A stretch of 64,000 nucleotides of DNA from an uncultured Armatimonadetes bacterium (GTDB lineage: Bacteria; Armatimonadota; UBA5829; DTJY01). The stretch covers positions 1,600,001 to 1,664,000 of the forward strand of contig OY970325.1 in the NCBI GenBank assembly GCA_963717145.1, read 5' to 3'. Of this stretch, positions 29,423 to 39,277 are shown piece after piece. The notes beneath the pieces were generated by a model that was not told the DNA's origin, searched no databases, and saw only the letters and a program-made list of their open reading frames with translations. Each line of letters starts with the position of its first letter. Within the stretch, counting starts at the first letter, position 1. Both the position numbers and the translations under genes were made by a program.

Positions 29423-30664
29423 CTATTCGTAGCGAGAGAAGATCAACGTCGCGTTGTGCCCGCCGAATCCGAACGAGTTCGACATCGCCACTCGAACGGC
29501 CAACTCCCGAGGCCGATTCGGCGTGTAGTCGAGATCGCACTCCGGGTCGGGAGTCTCGTAGTTGATCGTTGGCGGGATAATGCTGTCCCTGATGGCGCAC
29601 AGGCACGCGATGCCCTCGACAGCCCCACCCGCGCCGAGCAGATGCCCGGTCATCGACTTGGTCGAGCTGATGGCGACCCTATACGCGTAGTCACCGAAAA
29701 CGGTCTTGATAGCTGTAGTCTCCAGCTTGTCGTTCTGGTCGGTCGATGTGCCGTGGGCATTGATATAGTCGATCGCGTCGGGAGTCAAGCCGGCATTCGA
29801 CAGAGCTGCGGCCATCGCGCGAGCCGCTCCCTCGCCTTCCGGCGCCGGAGCAGTGATGTGGTACGCGTCGCCGCTCATCCCGTAGCCGATGACCTCGCCG
29901 TAGATAGTTGCGCCACGAGCAAGTGCATGATCGAGGCCCTCGAGGACAAGGATGCCCGAGCCTTCCGCCATGAGGAAGCCGTCGCGATCCATGTCGAACG
30001 GCCTGCTGGCGTGCTCGGGATCATCATTGCGTGTGGTCATGGCCTTCATGGAACAGAAGCCTGCGACGGCCATGGCGGTGATCGCCGCCTCTGAGCCGCC
30101 CGCGATCATCACGTCGGCGGCCCCGCGCCGTATCATCTCGCCGGCCTCACCGATCGCGTGGCTCGCAGTCGCACACGCCGAGGTAACAGCGAGATTCGGG
30201 CCCTTTGCACCGTAGATCATGGACACATGGCCGGATGCCATATCCGAGATGAGCATCGGCACGAAAAACGGGCTGACCCGCCCCGGCCCTCGCTCGAGCA
30301 GAATCTGGTGCTGCTCCTCCCAAGTTCCCGTGCCACCGATGCCCGAGCCGATCAGCACTCCCACTCTGTCCATGTCAGTGGATTCGAGATCGAGGCCCGA
30401 ATCCTCGACCGCGAGCTTTGTAGCTGCGACCGCAAACTGCACAAAACGGTCCATCCGCCTTGCCTCTTTGCGCTCCATGTACTGCTCGGGGTCGAAATCC
30501 TTGATCTCAGCGGCGATGCGAGTTGTATATTCGGACGTGTCGAAATGGGTGATAGGGCCCGCTCCGGAGACTCCTCCCAACAGCGCCTTCCAGAAGACTT
30601 CATGTCCGGCGCCGATCGGAGTGATCGCCCCCATACCAGTAACTACGACCCTTCGTCTGTCCAT
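29423..30664 (-). CDS. fabF: Beta-ketoacyl-ACP synthase II
   Basis: [28 protein letters not shown]. Confidence 0.97.
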   Translation of the reverse strand: MDRRRVVVTGMGAITPIGAGHEVFWKALLGGVSGAGPITHFDTSEYTTRIAAEIKDFDPEQYMERKEARRMDRFVQFAVAATKLAVEDSGLDLESTDMDRVGVLIGSGIGGTGTWEEQHQILLERGPGRVSPFFVPMLISDMASGHVSMIYGAKGPNLAVTSACATASHAIGEAGEMIRRGAADVMIAGGSEAAITAMAVAGFCSMKAMTTRNDDPEHASRPFDMDRDGFLMAEGSGILVLEGLDHALARGATIYGEVIGYGMSGDAYHITAPAPEGEGAARAMAAALSNAGLTPDAIDYINAHGTSTDQNDKLETTAIKTVFGDYAYRVAISSTKSMTGHLLGAGGAVEGIACLCAIRDSIIPPTINYETPDPECDLDYTPNRPRELAVRVAMSNSFGFGGHNATLIFSRYE

Positions 30665-30713
30665 ATTTCAATCCTCACTGATCACAGAGGGGCGGTGCAA
30701 CCTCAGGCGGTAG

Positions 30714-30880
30714 AAACGCGGGATTTCCCCGCAGTAGTAAAGCGGGGGTACCCCCGCAGTAGTGACGCGGGGAATCCATCTTCGGAATCGCTCATGGCTT
30801 ATGGTAAATGCGAATGGGCAAGCCCTGTTCTGCCACTAACCGTCAGCCATCAACCATTCCGAAGAGGGGATTCCCCGCAC
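30714..30880. repeat. Tandem GCGGG..CCCGC mini-hairpins plus an inverted heptamer repeat pair
   Basis: Two full and one partial hairpin separated by AGTAGT; ATGGNNN / CCATNAA units at 30795-30859. Confidence 0.6.
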
Positions 30881-30896
30881 AGTTAAAGGTTAGGCC

Positions 30897-31133
30897 CTAA
30901 CCCTTGGCTTTCTCTTCGATGTAGCTGACTGCGTCCGCCACAGTGGTGATCTTCTCGGCGTCCTCGTCAGGGATCTCGACGTCGAACTCCTCTTCGAGCC
31001 CCATGACCAGTTCAACGACGTCAAGGGAATCGGCGCCCAGGTCGTCCACGAATGATGCGGTCGAGGTGACCTCATCCTCGTTAACGTCAAGCTGCTCAAC
31101 TACTACTTTCTTCACGCGATCCAATGTCGACAC
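30897..31133 (-). CDS. acpP: Acyl carrier protein
   Basis: [24 protein letters not shown] start. Confidence 0.98.
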   Translation of the reverse strand: MSTLDRVKKVVVEQLDVNEDEVTSTASFVDDLGADSLDVVELVMGLEEEFDVEIPDEDAEKITTVADAVSYIEEKAKG

Positions 31134-31145
31134 TTGTTCACCTCC

Positions 31146-31895
31146 TTACATTACCATTCCACCGTCAACGTTGATAACCTGGCCGGTGATATAGCTTGAA
31201 TCTTCTGTGCAAAGGAACAGGATCAGCCGGGCCACATCCTCGGGAGTCCCGAGTCTGTTCAACGGTATCTGTTTCGATATGCTCTCACGGACAGTGTCCG
31301 ATAGCTCGTCGGTCATCGCTGTCTGAATGAAGCCCGGAGCGACCGCGTTCACGTTGATCCCTCGCGAGCCGAGTTCCCTGGCGGTCGTCTTCGTGAGGGC
31401 GATTATCCCGCCCTTCGACGCGGAATAGTTCGCCTGACCGGGGTTTCCTATGATCCCCATGACCGACGCGACGTTCACGATCTTGCCACTCCGTTGCTTG
31501 AGCATGGCGCGAGTGACCGACTTGGTGCAGTTGAATGTACCCTTCAGATTCGTGTCGATCACGGCATCCCAGTCGGCCTCGGACATCCTGGGGATCAGCG
31601 CGTCCCGTGTGATGCCGGCGTTGTTGACCAGTATATCGACCTTTCCGAACTCGCCGAGTGTCGTCTCGACGATCGCATCGGTGTCGGACGGAAGGGCCAC
31701 ATCCGCCCGGATGGCGACCGCTCTGCGGCCGACTTTCCGCACCTCATCGGCGACCGCCTGAGCGGCTTCGATCACGTAGTCGGCGATGGCGATATCGGCG
31801 CCCTCGGATGCCAGGGCGAGGGCAACATAACGGCCGATTCCCTTGCCTTCCCTGCCCGCTCCGGTTACTATAGCAACTTTCCCTTCGAGTTTCAA
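31146..31895 (-). CDS. fabG: 3-oxoacyl-ACP reductase
   Basis: NNAGITRD, YSASK, PGFIQT; TTG start overlaps the fabD stop. Confidence 0.96.
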   Translation of the reverse strand: MKLEGKVAIVTGAGREGKGIGRYVALALASEGADIAIADYVIEAAQAVADEVRKVGRRAVAIRADVALPSDTDAIVETTLGEFGKVDILVNNAGITRDALIPRMSEADWDAVIDTNLKGTFNCTKSVTRAMLKQRSGKIVNVASVMGIIGNPGQANYSASKGGIIALTKTTARELGSRGINVNAVAPGFIQTAMTDELSDTVRESISKQIPLNRLGTPEDVARLILFLCTEDSSYITGQVINVDGGMVM

Positions 31896-32833
31896 GCTTG
31901 CGAATCCCTTCTGAGCTGCGCCACGCAATCCTCAAATGAGGCAACATCGCCGACGTTCCTGACCTGAACCGAGTCGCTGATGCGCTTGATCAGGCCGGCG
32001 AGAACCTTGCCCGGACCGACCTCGACGAATACGCCGACTCCATCGGCGACCATGCGGCTGATCGATTCATCCCACCGCACGCTTCCGGCGATCTGTTTCC
32101 CGAGCGCGTCGCGAATCTCGTCCGCCGACCGGACGTAGTCCGCTGTTACATTGCCGACAACCGGAACCCGGGCATCGGTGAACGCCGTCCTTGCGAGTTC
32201 CTCCGCCAGTTGATCGGCGGTCGGCTGCATCAGTCTGGAATGGAACGCGCCGCTCACGTTCAGCGGCATCACTCTCTTCGCGCCGGCTTCCTTTGCCTTC
32301 TCGGAAACTGATTCGACGGCCACGACCTCGCCGGAGATCACAACCTGGCCCGGCGAGTTGTAGTTCGCCACATCGACGATCCCCTCGGCATTCTCGCACA
32401 GATCGCGAACCTGTTCGGCACTGAGTCCGATGATCGCCGCCATCGTGCCGGGATTGTCGGCCCCGGCGGACTGCATCAGCCTGCCCCTGTGCCGGACGAG
32501 CCGAAGCCCGTCCTCGAAGCTTATTGCGCCTGCCGCCACCAGGGCAGCATATTCGCCGATGCTGTGTCCGGCGGTCACGTCGGGTCGGATGCCTTCCTTC
32601 TCCAAGAGACGGAGACACGCGATGCTGGTCGTGAACAGCGCCGGCTGAGTGTTCGACGTGAGCCGCAGTTCCTCCTCCGGCCCCTCGAAGCACAGGCTGC
32701 TCAACGCAAAGCCGAGTATCCGATCCCCCTCGTCGTACACATCGCGAGCCTCGGGGTAACGCTCGTAGAGGTCCTTGCCCATCCCGACGAACTGCGACCC
32801 CTGCCCGGGGAATACAAATGCGATCTTAGTCAT
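31892..32833 (-). CDS. fabD: Malonyl-CoA:ACP transacylase
   Basis: FPGQGSQ, GHSIGE, GAFHS. Confidence 0.97.
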   Translation of the reverse strand: MTKIAFVFPGQGSQFVGMGKDLYERYPEARDVYDEGDRILGFALSSLCFEGPEEELRLTSNTQPALFTTSIACLRLLEKEGIRPDVTAGHSIGEYAALVAAGAISFEDGLRLVRHRGRLMQSAGADNPGTMAAIIGLSAEQVRDLCENAEGIVDVANYNSPGQVVISGEVVAVESVSEKAKEAGAKRVMPLNVSGAFHSRLMQPTADQLAEELARTAFTDARVPVVGNVTADYVRSADEIRDALGKQIAGSVRWDESISRMVADGVGVFVEVGPGKVLAGLIKRISDSVQVRNVGDVASFEDCVAQLRRDSQA

Positions 32834-32850
32834 AAACCAATCCTGAAGGA

Positions 32851-32936
32851 AATGGCTTATGGTCGATGGCTGATGGCGGACGCACGGATGCTCCTAATCC
32901 TTCCTCTGCCATTAACCATTCACCATCAACCATTCC
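32851..32936. repeat. Inverted pair of heptamer tandem repeats
   Basis: ATGGCTT ATGGTCG ATGGCTG ATGGC ... GCCATTA ACCATTC ACCATCA ACCATT. Confidence 0.75.
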
Positions 32937-33935
32937 CTAGAGTGTCCACTTGATAACAGCGGCGGCCCAGGTCAGACCGGCGCCGAAACCGACGGCGACA
33001 ACAACGTCGCCCTGCTTGACCCTGCCCGTCCTGTACGCCTCATCGAGCGCCAGGGGAATCGAGGCCGCCGACGTGTTGCCGTATCTGTCCACGTTGATGA
33101 AAACCTTCTCTGCGGGCAGCCCGATCCGCTCGGCGGCCGCCTCGATGATTCGGATGTTCGCCTGATGAGGCACAAACAGATCGATGTCGTCCGCCGTGAG
33201 GCCGCACGATTCCAGTGCCTTCAGGGTCGCCTCGCCCTGTATCTTCACCGCGAATTTGAATACTTCGCGGCCTTCCATCTTGATGAAATGCTGGCGGTTA
33301 CGAACCGTCTCCTCAGTCGAGCCGAGTTGGGAGCCGCCTGCCTCTATCCGGATCGCTAAGCCCCCGGACCCATCGGCGCCAAGGACGGTTGAGAGCACCC
33401 CGGTTCCCTCGGCGACCGGCCCGACTATCGCGGCGCCGGCGCCGTCGCCGAACAGCACGCACGTCCCGCGATCGGTCCAGTCGGTAACACTTGTCAGTAT
33501 GTCCACGCCTATGACGAGTACGCGATCGTACGTGCCGGAACGGACGAACTGAGACGCCGTGGTCAGCGCGTACACCCAGCCGGAACAGCCTGCCTGAAGA
33601 TCGAAAGACGGGACGCCCGTGATTCCGAGCTTATCCTGGATAATGCAGGAGGTGGCGGGGAAAGGCATGTCGCCGGTGACCGTGGCACAGATGATGAGGT
33701 CGATATCCCCGGTGCTGAGTCCGGCTGAATCGAGCGCTCGTTTCGAGGCTTCCACAGCCAGATCGGATGCAACGACACCATCCTCGACTACATGACGCTC
33801 CCTGATCCCACTGCGGGTTACGATCCACTCGTCGGTCGTATCAACGATCTTCTCCAGATCGCAGTTCGCGAGTACCTTGGGTGGCGTGAAAGATCCGATG
33901 CCTACGATGCCGGCATTACGCAATGCAGATGCCAT
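32937..33935 (-). CDS. fabH: Beta-ketoacyl-ACP synthase III
   Basis: AGCSG, HQAN, GNTSAAS, GFGAGLTW. Confidence 0.97.
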   Translation of the reverse strand: MASALRNAGIVGIGSFTPPKVLANCDLEKIVDTTDEWIVTRSGIRERHVVEDGVVASDLAVEASKRALDSAGLSTGDIDLIICATVTGDMPFPATSCIIQDKLGITGVPSFDLQAGCSGWVYALTTASQFVRSGTYDRVLVIGVDILTSVTDWTDRGTCVLFGDGAGAAIVGPVAEGTGVLSTVLGADGSGGLAIRIEAGGSQLGSTEETVRNRQHFIKMEGREVFKFAVKIQGEATLKALESCGLTADDIDLFVPHQANIRIIEAAAERIGLPAEKVFINVDRYGNTSAASIPLALDEAYRTGRVKQGDVVVAVGFGAGLTWAAAVIKWTL

Positions 33936-34006
33936 GAGGTCTCCGTTCCAATGGTCGTTTTGGGCGTCGAACTGCCGCTGAGGTCGAACCCCATACGGGG
34001 GTTCAC

Positions 34007-35009
34007 CTAATTGGCGACAAGTTCCTTCTGCCGGACCGCCGCGGTAATGGATCCGACCACGTCGGACTCGACGGCTGACGCGGCGACCCGGATCGCATTG
34101 CGGATGGCGCGGGCATTCGATCTACCGTGGCCGATGATACAAATGCCGTTCGCGCCGAGCAGCGGAGCGCCTCCGTACTCAGCGTAGTCGAGATGAACCT
34201 TGGCACGCTTGAGGGCCGGTGCGAGGAAAAGCACGCCGATCTTGGCGAGAAGGCTGCGTTTCACTTCCTGCTTGAGCACGGCCACCAGGAACTCGCCCAT
34301 GCCTTCCGCCACTTTGAGGGTAATGTTACCCGCGAACCCATCACAGATGACGACGTCCGCGGCTCCCCTGAAGATGTCCTTGCCTTCGACGTTCCCGACG
34401 AAGTTCATACCGGATTCGGAGAGGCTGGCATTCGTGGCCTTGGTGAGCTTGTCTCCCTTGCTCGGCTCCTCACCTATGCTCAGAAGGCCGACTCTGGGAT
34501 CGGCAACGCCGAAGACGCGCTCGGCATAGGTGCGCCCCATGACCGCGAACTGCATGAGATTGTTGACATCACAGTCCACATTAGCTCCGGCATCGAGGAG
34601 CACCACTCGGTTGCCCATTGACGGGATCATGGAGGCGATCGCCGGGCGCTCGATGCCGGGTATGCGGCCGAGCTTCAATGTGGCCACAGCCATGGCCGCT
34701 CCGGTGTTCCCGGCGCTGACCATGGCCTGAGCGTCTCCCGAGTTGACGAGTGAGGCGGCGACAACTATCGACGAATCCTTGCGGCGGATCGCATTCGCCG
34801 GATGGTCGTCCATAGCGACTACCTCCGAGGCGTGTGCCACCTCAACCTTCGATCCGGCGACCAGGATACTTGGACAACTCCTGCTCGATCCTGCTGCTAT
34901 CTCCTACCAGTATTACCGAAATGCCATGCCGGTCGGCGGCTTCGACTGCTCCCTTGACAATCTCCAGCGGAGCGTAGTCGCCGCCCATGGCGTCAACCGC
35001 GATCTTCAT
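34007..35009 (-). CDS. plsX: Phosphate acyltransferase PlsX; one extra base near 34862
   Basis: [15 protein letters not shown]-terminus in a different frame from SAGNTGA, GANVD, DGFAGN, HGRS. Confidence 0.93.
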
Positions 35010-35027
35010 TCAGCGAAATCCTCTCCG

Positions 35028-35222
35028 CTACTCTGCTTTTTCTTTATCCTTGACTTCGAGGACCAGACGTCCATTGTAGAACCCGCAGCTCGGGCATACG
35101 TGGTGCGGCAGACGGGGCGCATGGCATCGCGGGCAATCCACCACGTTCGGGGCCACCAGCTTGTAGTGCGTCCTTCGCTTAGCACCGCGAGTACGGGAAT
35201 GTCTTCTCTTAGGTAACGGCAA
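35028..35222 (-). CDS. rpmF: 50S ribosomal protein L32 (Zn-binding form)
   Basis: PKRRHSRTRGAKRRTH, CPRC..CPSCGFY; TTG start. Confidence 0.97.
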   Translation of the reverse strand: MPLPKRRHSRTRGAKRRTHYKLVAPNVVDCPRCHAPRLPHHVCPSCGFYNGRLVLEVKDKEKAE

Positions 35223-35246
35223 TTCGTTTCACCTCTTTCTCTCAAT

Positions 35247-35311
35247 GTAGTGGCCGCGCCTCTGTGCCGGCCTGCCACCTACCGTGGCCGGCACGGAGGC
35301 ACGGCCACTAC
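35247..35311. repeat. GTAG REP doublet, family B
   Basis: Arms match the other B copies; supplies the DUF177 stop codon. Confidence 0.9.
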
Positions 35312-35844
35312 GATTCTTTGTCTTCTTCCTCTTCCAGGAGACGGGCCAGCACCTGAAGCGGAGACTCGATGGTCTCCGGCGGGCAAGCACAGTCTTCCAC
35401 GTTCAGATTCTGCCCGCAGGTCGGACACAATCCCTTGCATTCCGGTTCGCACAGCGGCTGGATCGGTATCCCGACCAGCAGATCCTGTCTGATGAGTTCT
35501 TCCAAGTCGAGTATGTTGTTATTAACCAACTCCGAGGCGGTATCCTCTTCCTCCTCGGGCTGCGCGAACACGGAATCCCCAACATGCACGAGCGGAAATC
35601 CCTCGTCGATCTCCACTTCTATCGGCAGGATGACATCCGTGAGGCATCGTCCGCAAAACAGGCGGACATCGGTCACGACCTTGCCACGAACGAGCAGCAG
35701 AGGGCCGCTGTTCGTAATCTCGACCTTGCCCTTGACCGGCGAGACGCAATCGAGTTCCTCGTCCTCAGCGAAGCAGGGCTCGTCTATCTCCTGCGTCGCG
35801 TGCATCCCGAGATGCTGCGCTATTTCTGAAAGATCGATCTTCAT
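35308..35844 (-). CDS. DUF177/YceD family protein
   Basis: CGRCL, LCEPECKGLCPTCGQNLN; upstream of rpmF. Confidence 0.92.
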   Translation of the reverse strand: MKIDLSEIAQHLGMHATQEIDEPCFAEDEELDCVSPVKGKVEITNSGPLLLVRGKVVTDVRLFCGRCLTDVILPIEVEIDEGFPLVHVGDSVFAQPEEEEDTASELVNNNILDLEELIRQDLLVGIPIQPLCEPECKGLCPTCGQNLNVEDCACPPETIESPLQVLARLLEEEEDKES

Positions 35845-35846
35845 CG

Positions 35847-37061
35847 CTAGTGCCCGTTGATCCCTGTTACGACCCGAACGGTCTCCCGTGCGATCGCCAA
35901 CTCCTCGTTGGTCGGGATAACGAGGATGCGCGGACCTGCGTCACCGGCGCTGATATCGCCCTCGCCCGTGAAGCTCTCGTTCTTTGCAGGGTCGATCCTG
36001 ATGCCCAGGAACTCGAGATCCCTGCACATCATCGACCGAATGGTCGGCGAGTGCTCGCCTATCCCCGCGGTAAAAATGACCGCATCGAGACCGCCCATGG
36101 CCGCCGCGTAGGCTCCGATGTACTTCTTCCCACGGTAGCAGAATATCTCCAGCGCCAGCCTGGCTCGCTCGTTTCCCGCCTCCGCGCCGGCTTCGATGTC
36201 GCGCATGTCATTTCCGATGCCTGAGATACCGAGCAGACCGCTCTTCTTGTTGATCAGACTGTCAACATCGTCAGCACTATAGCCGAACGTATTCTGCAGA
36301 AACGGCAGGATCGCCGGGTCGATGTCGCCGCACCGAGTCCCCATGACCAGGCCCTCGACCGGCGTGAGGCCCATGCTCGTATCCACGGACTTCCCGCCCT
36401 TGACGGCGGTGAAGCTCACACCGTTGCCGATGTGGCACGTGATCACTCTCTGTGTCTCGACGGGGATTCCCAGCGCCTCCAGTATCCTGGTGGCTCGCCG
36501 GGCGACATACTTGTGCGACGTGCCGTGAAAGCCGTATCGCCTGATGCCGTGCTCCTGGTAGAGATTGTATGGCAGGGCGTAGATGTACGCATGGCTCGGA
36601 ATCGTCTGATGGAACGCCGTATCGAACACCGCGATCTGAGGCGCGTCCGGCATGATCCCCATCGCACCTTTTATACCCATCAGGTTCGGCGGATTATGAA
36701 GCGGCGCCAGCTCGCTCAAACGCGTGACGGCGTCTATGACCTCCTGGTTGATCTCAACCGAATCGGAGAATGACTCTCCGCCGTGGACAACTCGGTGCCC
36801 GATAGCGCCGATCTCCGAAAGATCCGTGATCGCTCCGGCCGTCGAATCGGTCAGAGCGTCGAACACCAGCCGCATCGCAGCCGTGTGATCCGGTATGTCT
36901 ATGTCGGTCTTGACTGCTTCCTTGCCGGTGGTCTGATGCGTGAGCGAGCCGCCGGCGCCTATTCGCTCGGCGATTCCCTTAGCAATGACCTGTTCCGTTG
37001 ACATATCGATGAGCTGGTATTTCAGCGACGAACTACCAGCATTGACAACAAGGACTAGCAT
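35847..37061 (-). CDS. ackA: Acetate kinase
   Basis: NAGSSSLK, HRVVHGG, APLHN, RYGFHGTSH, TNEEL. Confidence 0.97.
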   Translation of the reverse strand: MLVLVVNAGSSSLKYQLIDMSTEQVIAKGIAERIGAGGSLTHQTTGKEAVKTDIDIPDHTAAMRLVFDALTDSTAGAITDLSEIGAIGHRVVHGGESFSDSVEINQEVIDAVTRLSELAPLHNPPNLMGIKGAMGIMPDAPQIAVFDTAFHQTIPSHAYIYALPYNLYQEHGIRRYGFHGTSHKYVARRATRILEALGIPVETQRVITCHIGNGVSFTAVKGGKSVDTSMGLTPVEGLVMGTRCGDIDPAILPFLQNTFGYSADDVDSLINKKSGLLGISGIGNDMRDIEAGAEAGNERARLALEIFCYRGKKYIGAYAAAMGGLDAVIFTAGIGEHSPTIRSMMCRDLEFLGIRIDPAKNESFTGEGDISAGDAGPRILVIPTNEELAIARETVRVVTGINGH

Positions 37062-37090
37062 TTCTCGACCAATCTGATATGACTTGACAA

Positions 37091-37155
37091 GTAGTGGCCG
37101 TGCCTCCGTGCCGGCCATCGGCATCACTGAGCCGGCACGGAGGCACGGCCACTAC
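37091..37155. repeat. GTAG REP doublet, family B
   Basis: Arms match the other B copies. Confidence 0.9.
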
Positions 37156-37159
37156 ATGG

Positions 37160-38161
37160 TTATTGTGTCGCCTGGACGGCGGTGATCGCCGCCACGTTGA
37201 CTATGTCTTCCCAGTCGCAGCCCCTGGACAGGTCGTTGACCGGTCTGGCAACGCCCTGCAGGATCGGACCGTAGGCCTCCGCCTTTGCCAACCGCTCAGT
37301 CAGCTTGTAGGCGATATTCCCGGCTCCAAGGTCGGGGAAGATCAGGACATTAGCCTTCCCGGCGACCGGACTGCCCGGAGCCTTCTTCTCGCCGACCCAC
37401 TGCACGAGGGCAGCATCTCCCTGAAGCTCGCCGTCGATCAGCATATCCGGCGCGGTCTCTTTGGCGATCCGGGTGGCCTCGACGACCTTGTCCACGAGCG
37501 GGTCGGATGCGCTGCCCTTCGTCGAGAACGACAGAAGGGCGACCCTCGGCTCGAACCCGAACAGGGCGGTCATGGTCCTTCCCGTGCAGATGGCGATCTC
37601 CGCCAACTCCTTGGCGCTCGGATTCATCACGAGCCCGCAGTCGGCATAGAGCAGCAGGCCTTCCTCCCCGTATTGGCAGTCCGGAACGATCATGACGAAG
37701 AAGCTTGAAACAATCGAGATTCCGGGCGCGGTCTTCAGCACCTGCAGAGCAGGACGGACGGTATCGGCGGTGGAGTGAGTCGCCCCGGAGACCTCACCGT
37801 CCGCATCGCCCGCTTTGATCATCAACACGCCATAGTACAGGGAGTTCCCGGCCAGACCAAATGCCTGATCGGGGGTCATGCCCTTGTGCTTCCTGAGTCC
37901 GTAGAGCAGATCGGCGTATTCCTGGCGCTTGGGAGAAGCCGCCGGATCGATGATCTCGATACCGGAGATGTCAACTCCCTGGTCCTGTGCATTCTTCGCC
38001 ACGACATCGGCGGCCCCGAGGAGCACCGGCTTGGCGATTCCGCGCTCGCGAACGATGGCCGCGGCCTTGACCACTCGCGGATCGACGCCTTCGGGCAGGA
38101 CGATGCACTTCCCCGCTTCTCTCGCACGCGCGAAAATGCCCTCCATGGGCTTACTGCTCAT
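37160..38161 (-). CDS. pta: Phosphate acetyltransferase
   Basis: IVLPEG, LSFSTKGS, DGELQGDAA, GNIAYK, NDLSRG. Confidence 0.96.
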   Translation of the reverse strand: MSSKPMEGIFARAREAGKCIVLPEGVDPRVVKAAAIVRERGIAKPVLLGAADVVAKNAQDQGVDISGIEIIDPAASPKRQEYADLLYGLRKHKGMTPDQAFGLAGNSLYYGVLMIKAGDADGEVSGATHSTADTVRPALQVLKTAPGISIVSSFFVMIVPDCQYGEEGLLLYADCGLVMNPSAKELAEIAICTGRTMTALFGFEPRVALLSFSTKGSASDPLVDKVVEATRIAKETAPDMLIDGELQGDAALVQWVGEKKAPGSPVAGKANVLIFPDLGAGNIAYKLTERLAKAEAYGPILQGVARPVNDLSRGCDWEDIVNVAAITAVQATQ

Positions 38162-38654
38162 CGTCGCCTTCCGATGCAGTTCCGCTCTTGAATCCGAGCT
38201 TGTCCCGTCCCCGCTGGATGGTGTTCAGGACCTTGGACACGAAGCCCTCCAGGTCATTGAGCACTTCCTTCGCATACTCGTCCGCGCCTGCCTTGGTGAT
38301 TCGGGCCTCGTCTTCGGAAGCGCCTACGATCTCCTTGGCCTGAGCCGTCGCCAGCCTCTTGATCTCGCTGCTGTCGACGAGTTGAGTCGCCTCGGCCCTG
38401 GCGTCCTCCAGGACTTTGGTACCTTCCGCCCTCGCCTGATCCGCAATCTGCGCGGCCTGTTCTTTGGCATCGCTCACGATGTGGTCGGCGTCACGAGTGA
38501 TCCGCCCTGCGGCTTTCACGTCCTCGGGCAGAGAGGTCCGAATCTTGGTCACAAGCGAATACAGCTCATCCTCATTCACGAAGACGGTATTCATGATCCG
38601 CCGGCTGCCGTCAACCAGTTCCTCGAGTTTGTCCAGTAGAGCTAGAGTATCTAT
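38151..38654 (-). CDS. Coiled-coil protein downstream of coaD (DivIVA/ATP synthase b-like); probable ATA start
   Basis: In-frame DTLALLDKLEELVD upstream of the first Met; GAGGAGG RBS 8 nt before ATA. Confidence 0.75.
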   Translation of the reverse strand: MDTLALLDKLEELVDGSRRIMNTVFVNEDELYSLVTKIRTSLPEDVKAAGRITRDADHIVSDAKEQAAQIADQARAEGTKVLEDARAEATQLVDSSEIKRLATAQAKEIVGASEDEARITKAGADEYAKEVLNDLEGFVSKVLNTIQRGRDKLGFKSGTASEGDDEQ

Positions 38655-39190
38655 TCTGATCGCCTCCTCAAGCCGGATCGGCTCGAGCCTCCGGCATCGA
38701 CACTTGGTGATGATGAACTGAGCTTCGTGCTCAGGTACTTCTCGACGATTTCCGGGACGAGACCTTCGACGGACCCGCCAAGGAGCGCGACCTCCTTGAC
38801 GAGGCTGGAGCTGAGGTACGAGTACTCGGCGTTCGTCATCATGAATACCGTCTCGATATCCCCGTCCAGCCTCCGGTTCATCAAGGCCATCTCGAACTCG
38901 AACTCAAAATCCGAAAGAGCGCGCAGGCCCTTGACTATCACGTTCGCCTTGTATTCCTCGGCATATCGGACCAGCAGCCCCTTGAATGCCTCAATCCGCA
39001 CGTTCGGCATGTGAGCGCACGCCTCACGGAGCATGGTCATTCGCTCCTCGGTGGTGAACATCGGGGCCTTCCCGAGATTCACTGCTACGGCCACGATGAC
39101 CTCATCAAACACACTTGCGGCCCGCTGGACGACGTCCAGATGGCCGTTCGTGACTGGGTCGAAACTGCCCGGATATATCGCTCGTTTCAT
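38651..39190 (-). CDS. coaD: Phosphopantetheine adenylyltransferase
   Basis: YPGSFDPVTNGH, KGLR, SSSLVKE. Confidence 0.97.
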   Translation of the reverse strand: MKRAIYPGSFDPVTNGHLDVVQRAASVFDEVIVAVAVNLGKAPMFTTEERMTMLREACAHMPNVRIEAFKGLLVRYAEEYKANVIVKGLRALSDFEFEFEMALMNRRLDGDIETVFMMTNAEYSYLSSSLVKEVALLGGSVEGLVPEIVEKYLSTKLSSSSPSVDAGGSSRSGLRRRSE

Positions 39191-39205
39191 TACAGATGGT
39201 CCCAC

Positions 39206-39275
39206 GTAGGGGCGAAGCATTGGCCGCCGGTATCCAACACTCCTGTGTATTCGGTAGCCAATGCTTCGCCCCTAC
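39206..39275. repeat. GTAG REP doublet, family G
   Basis: GTAGGGGCGAAGCATTGGC ... GCCAATGCTTCGCCCCTAC. Confidence 0.88.
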
Positions 39276-39277
39276 AC

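Noticed and set aside
30714-30780. Possible mini-CRISPR
   Set aside because: Units are not identical, there are no unique spacers of about 30 nt, and no cas genes are present.
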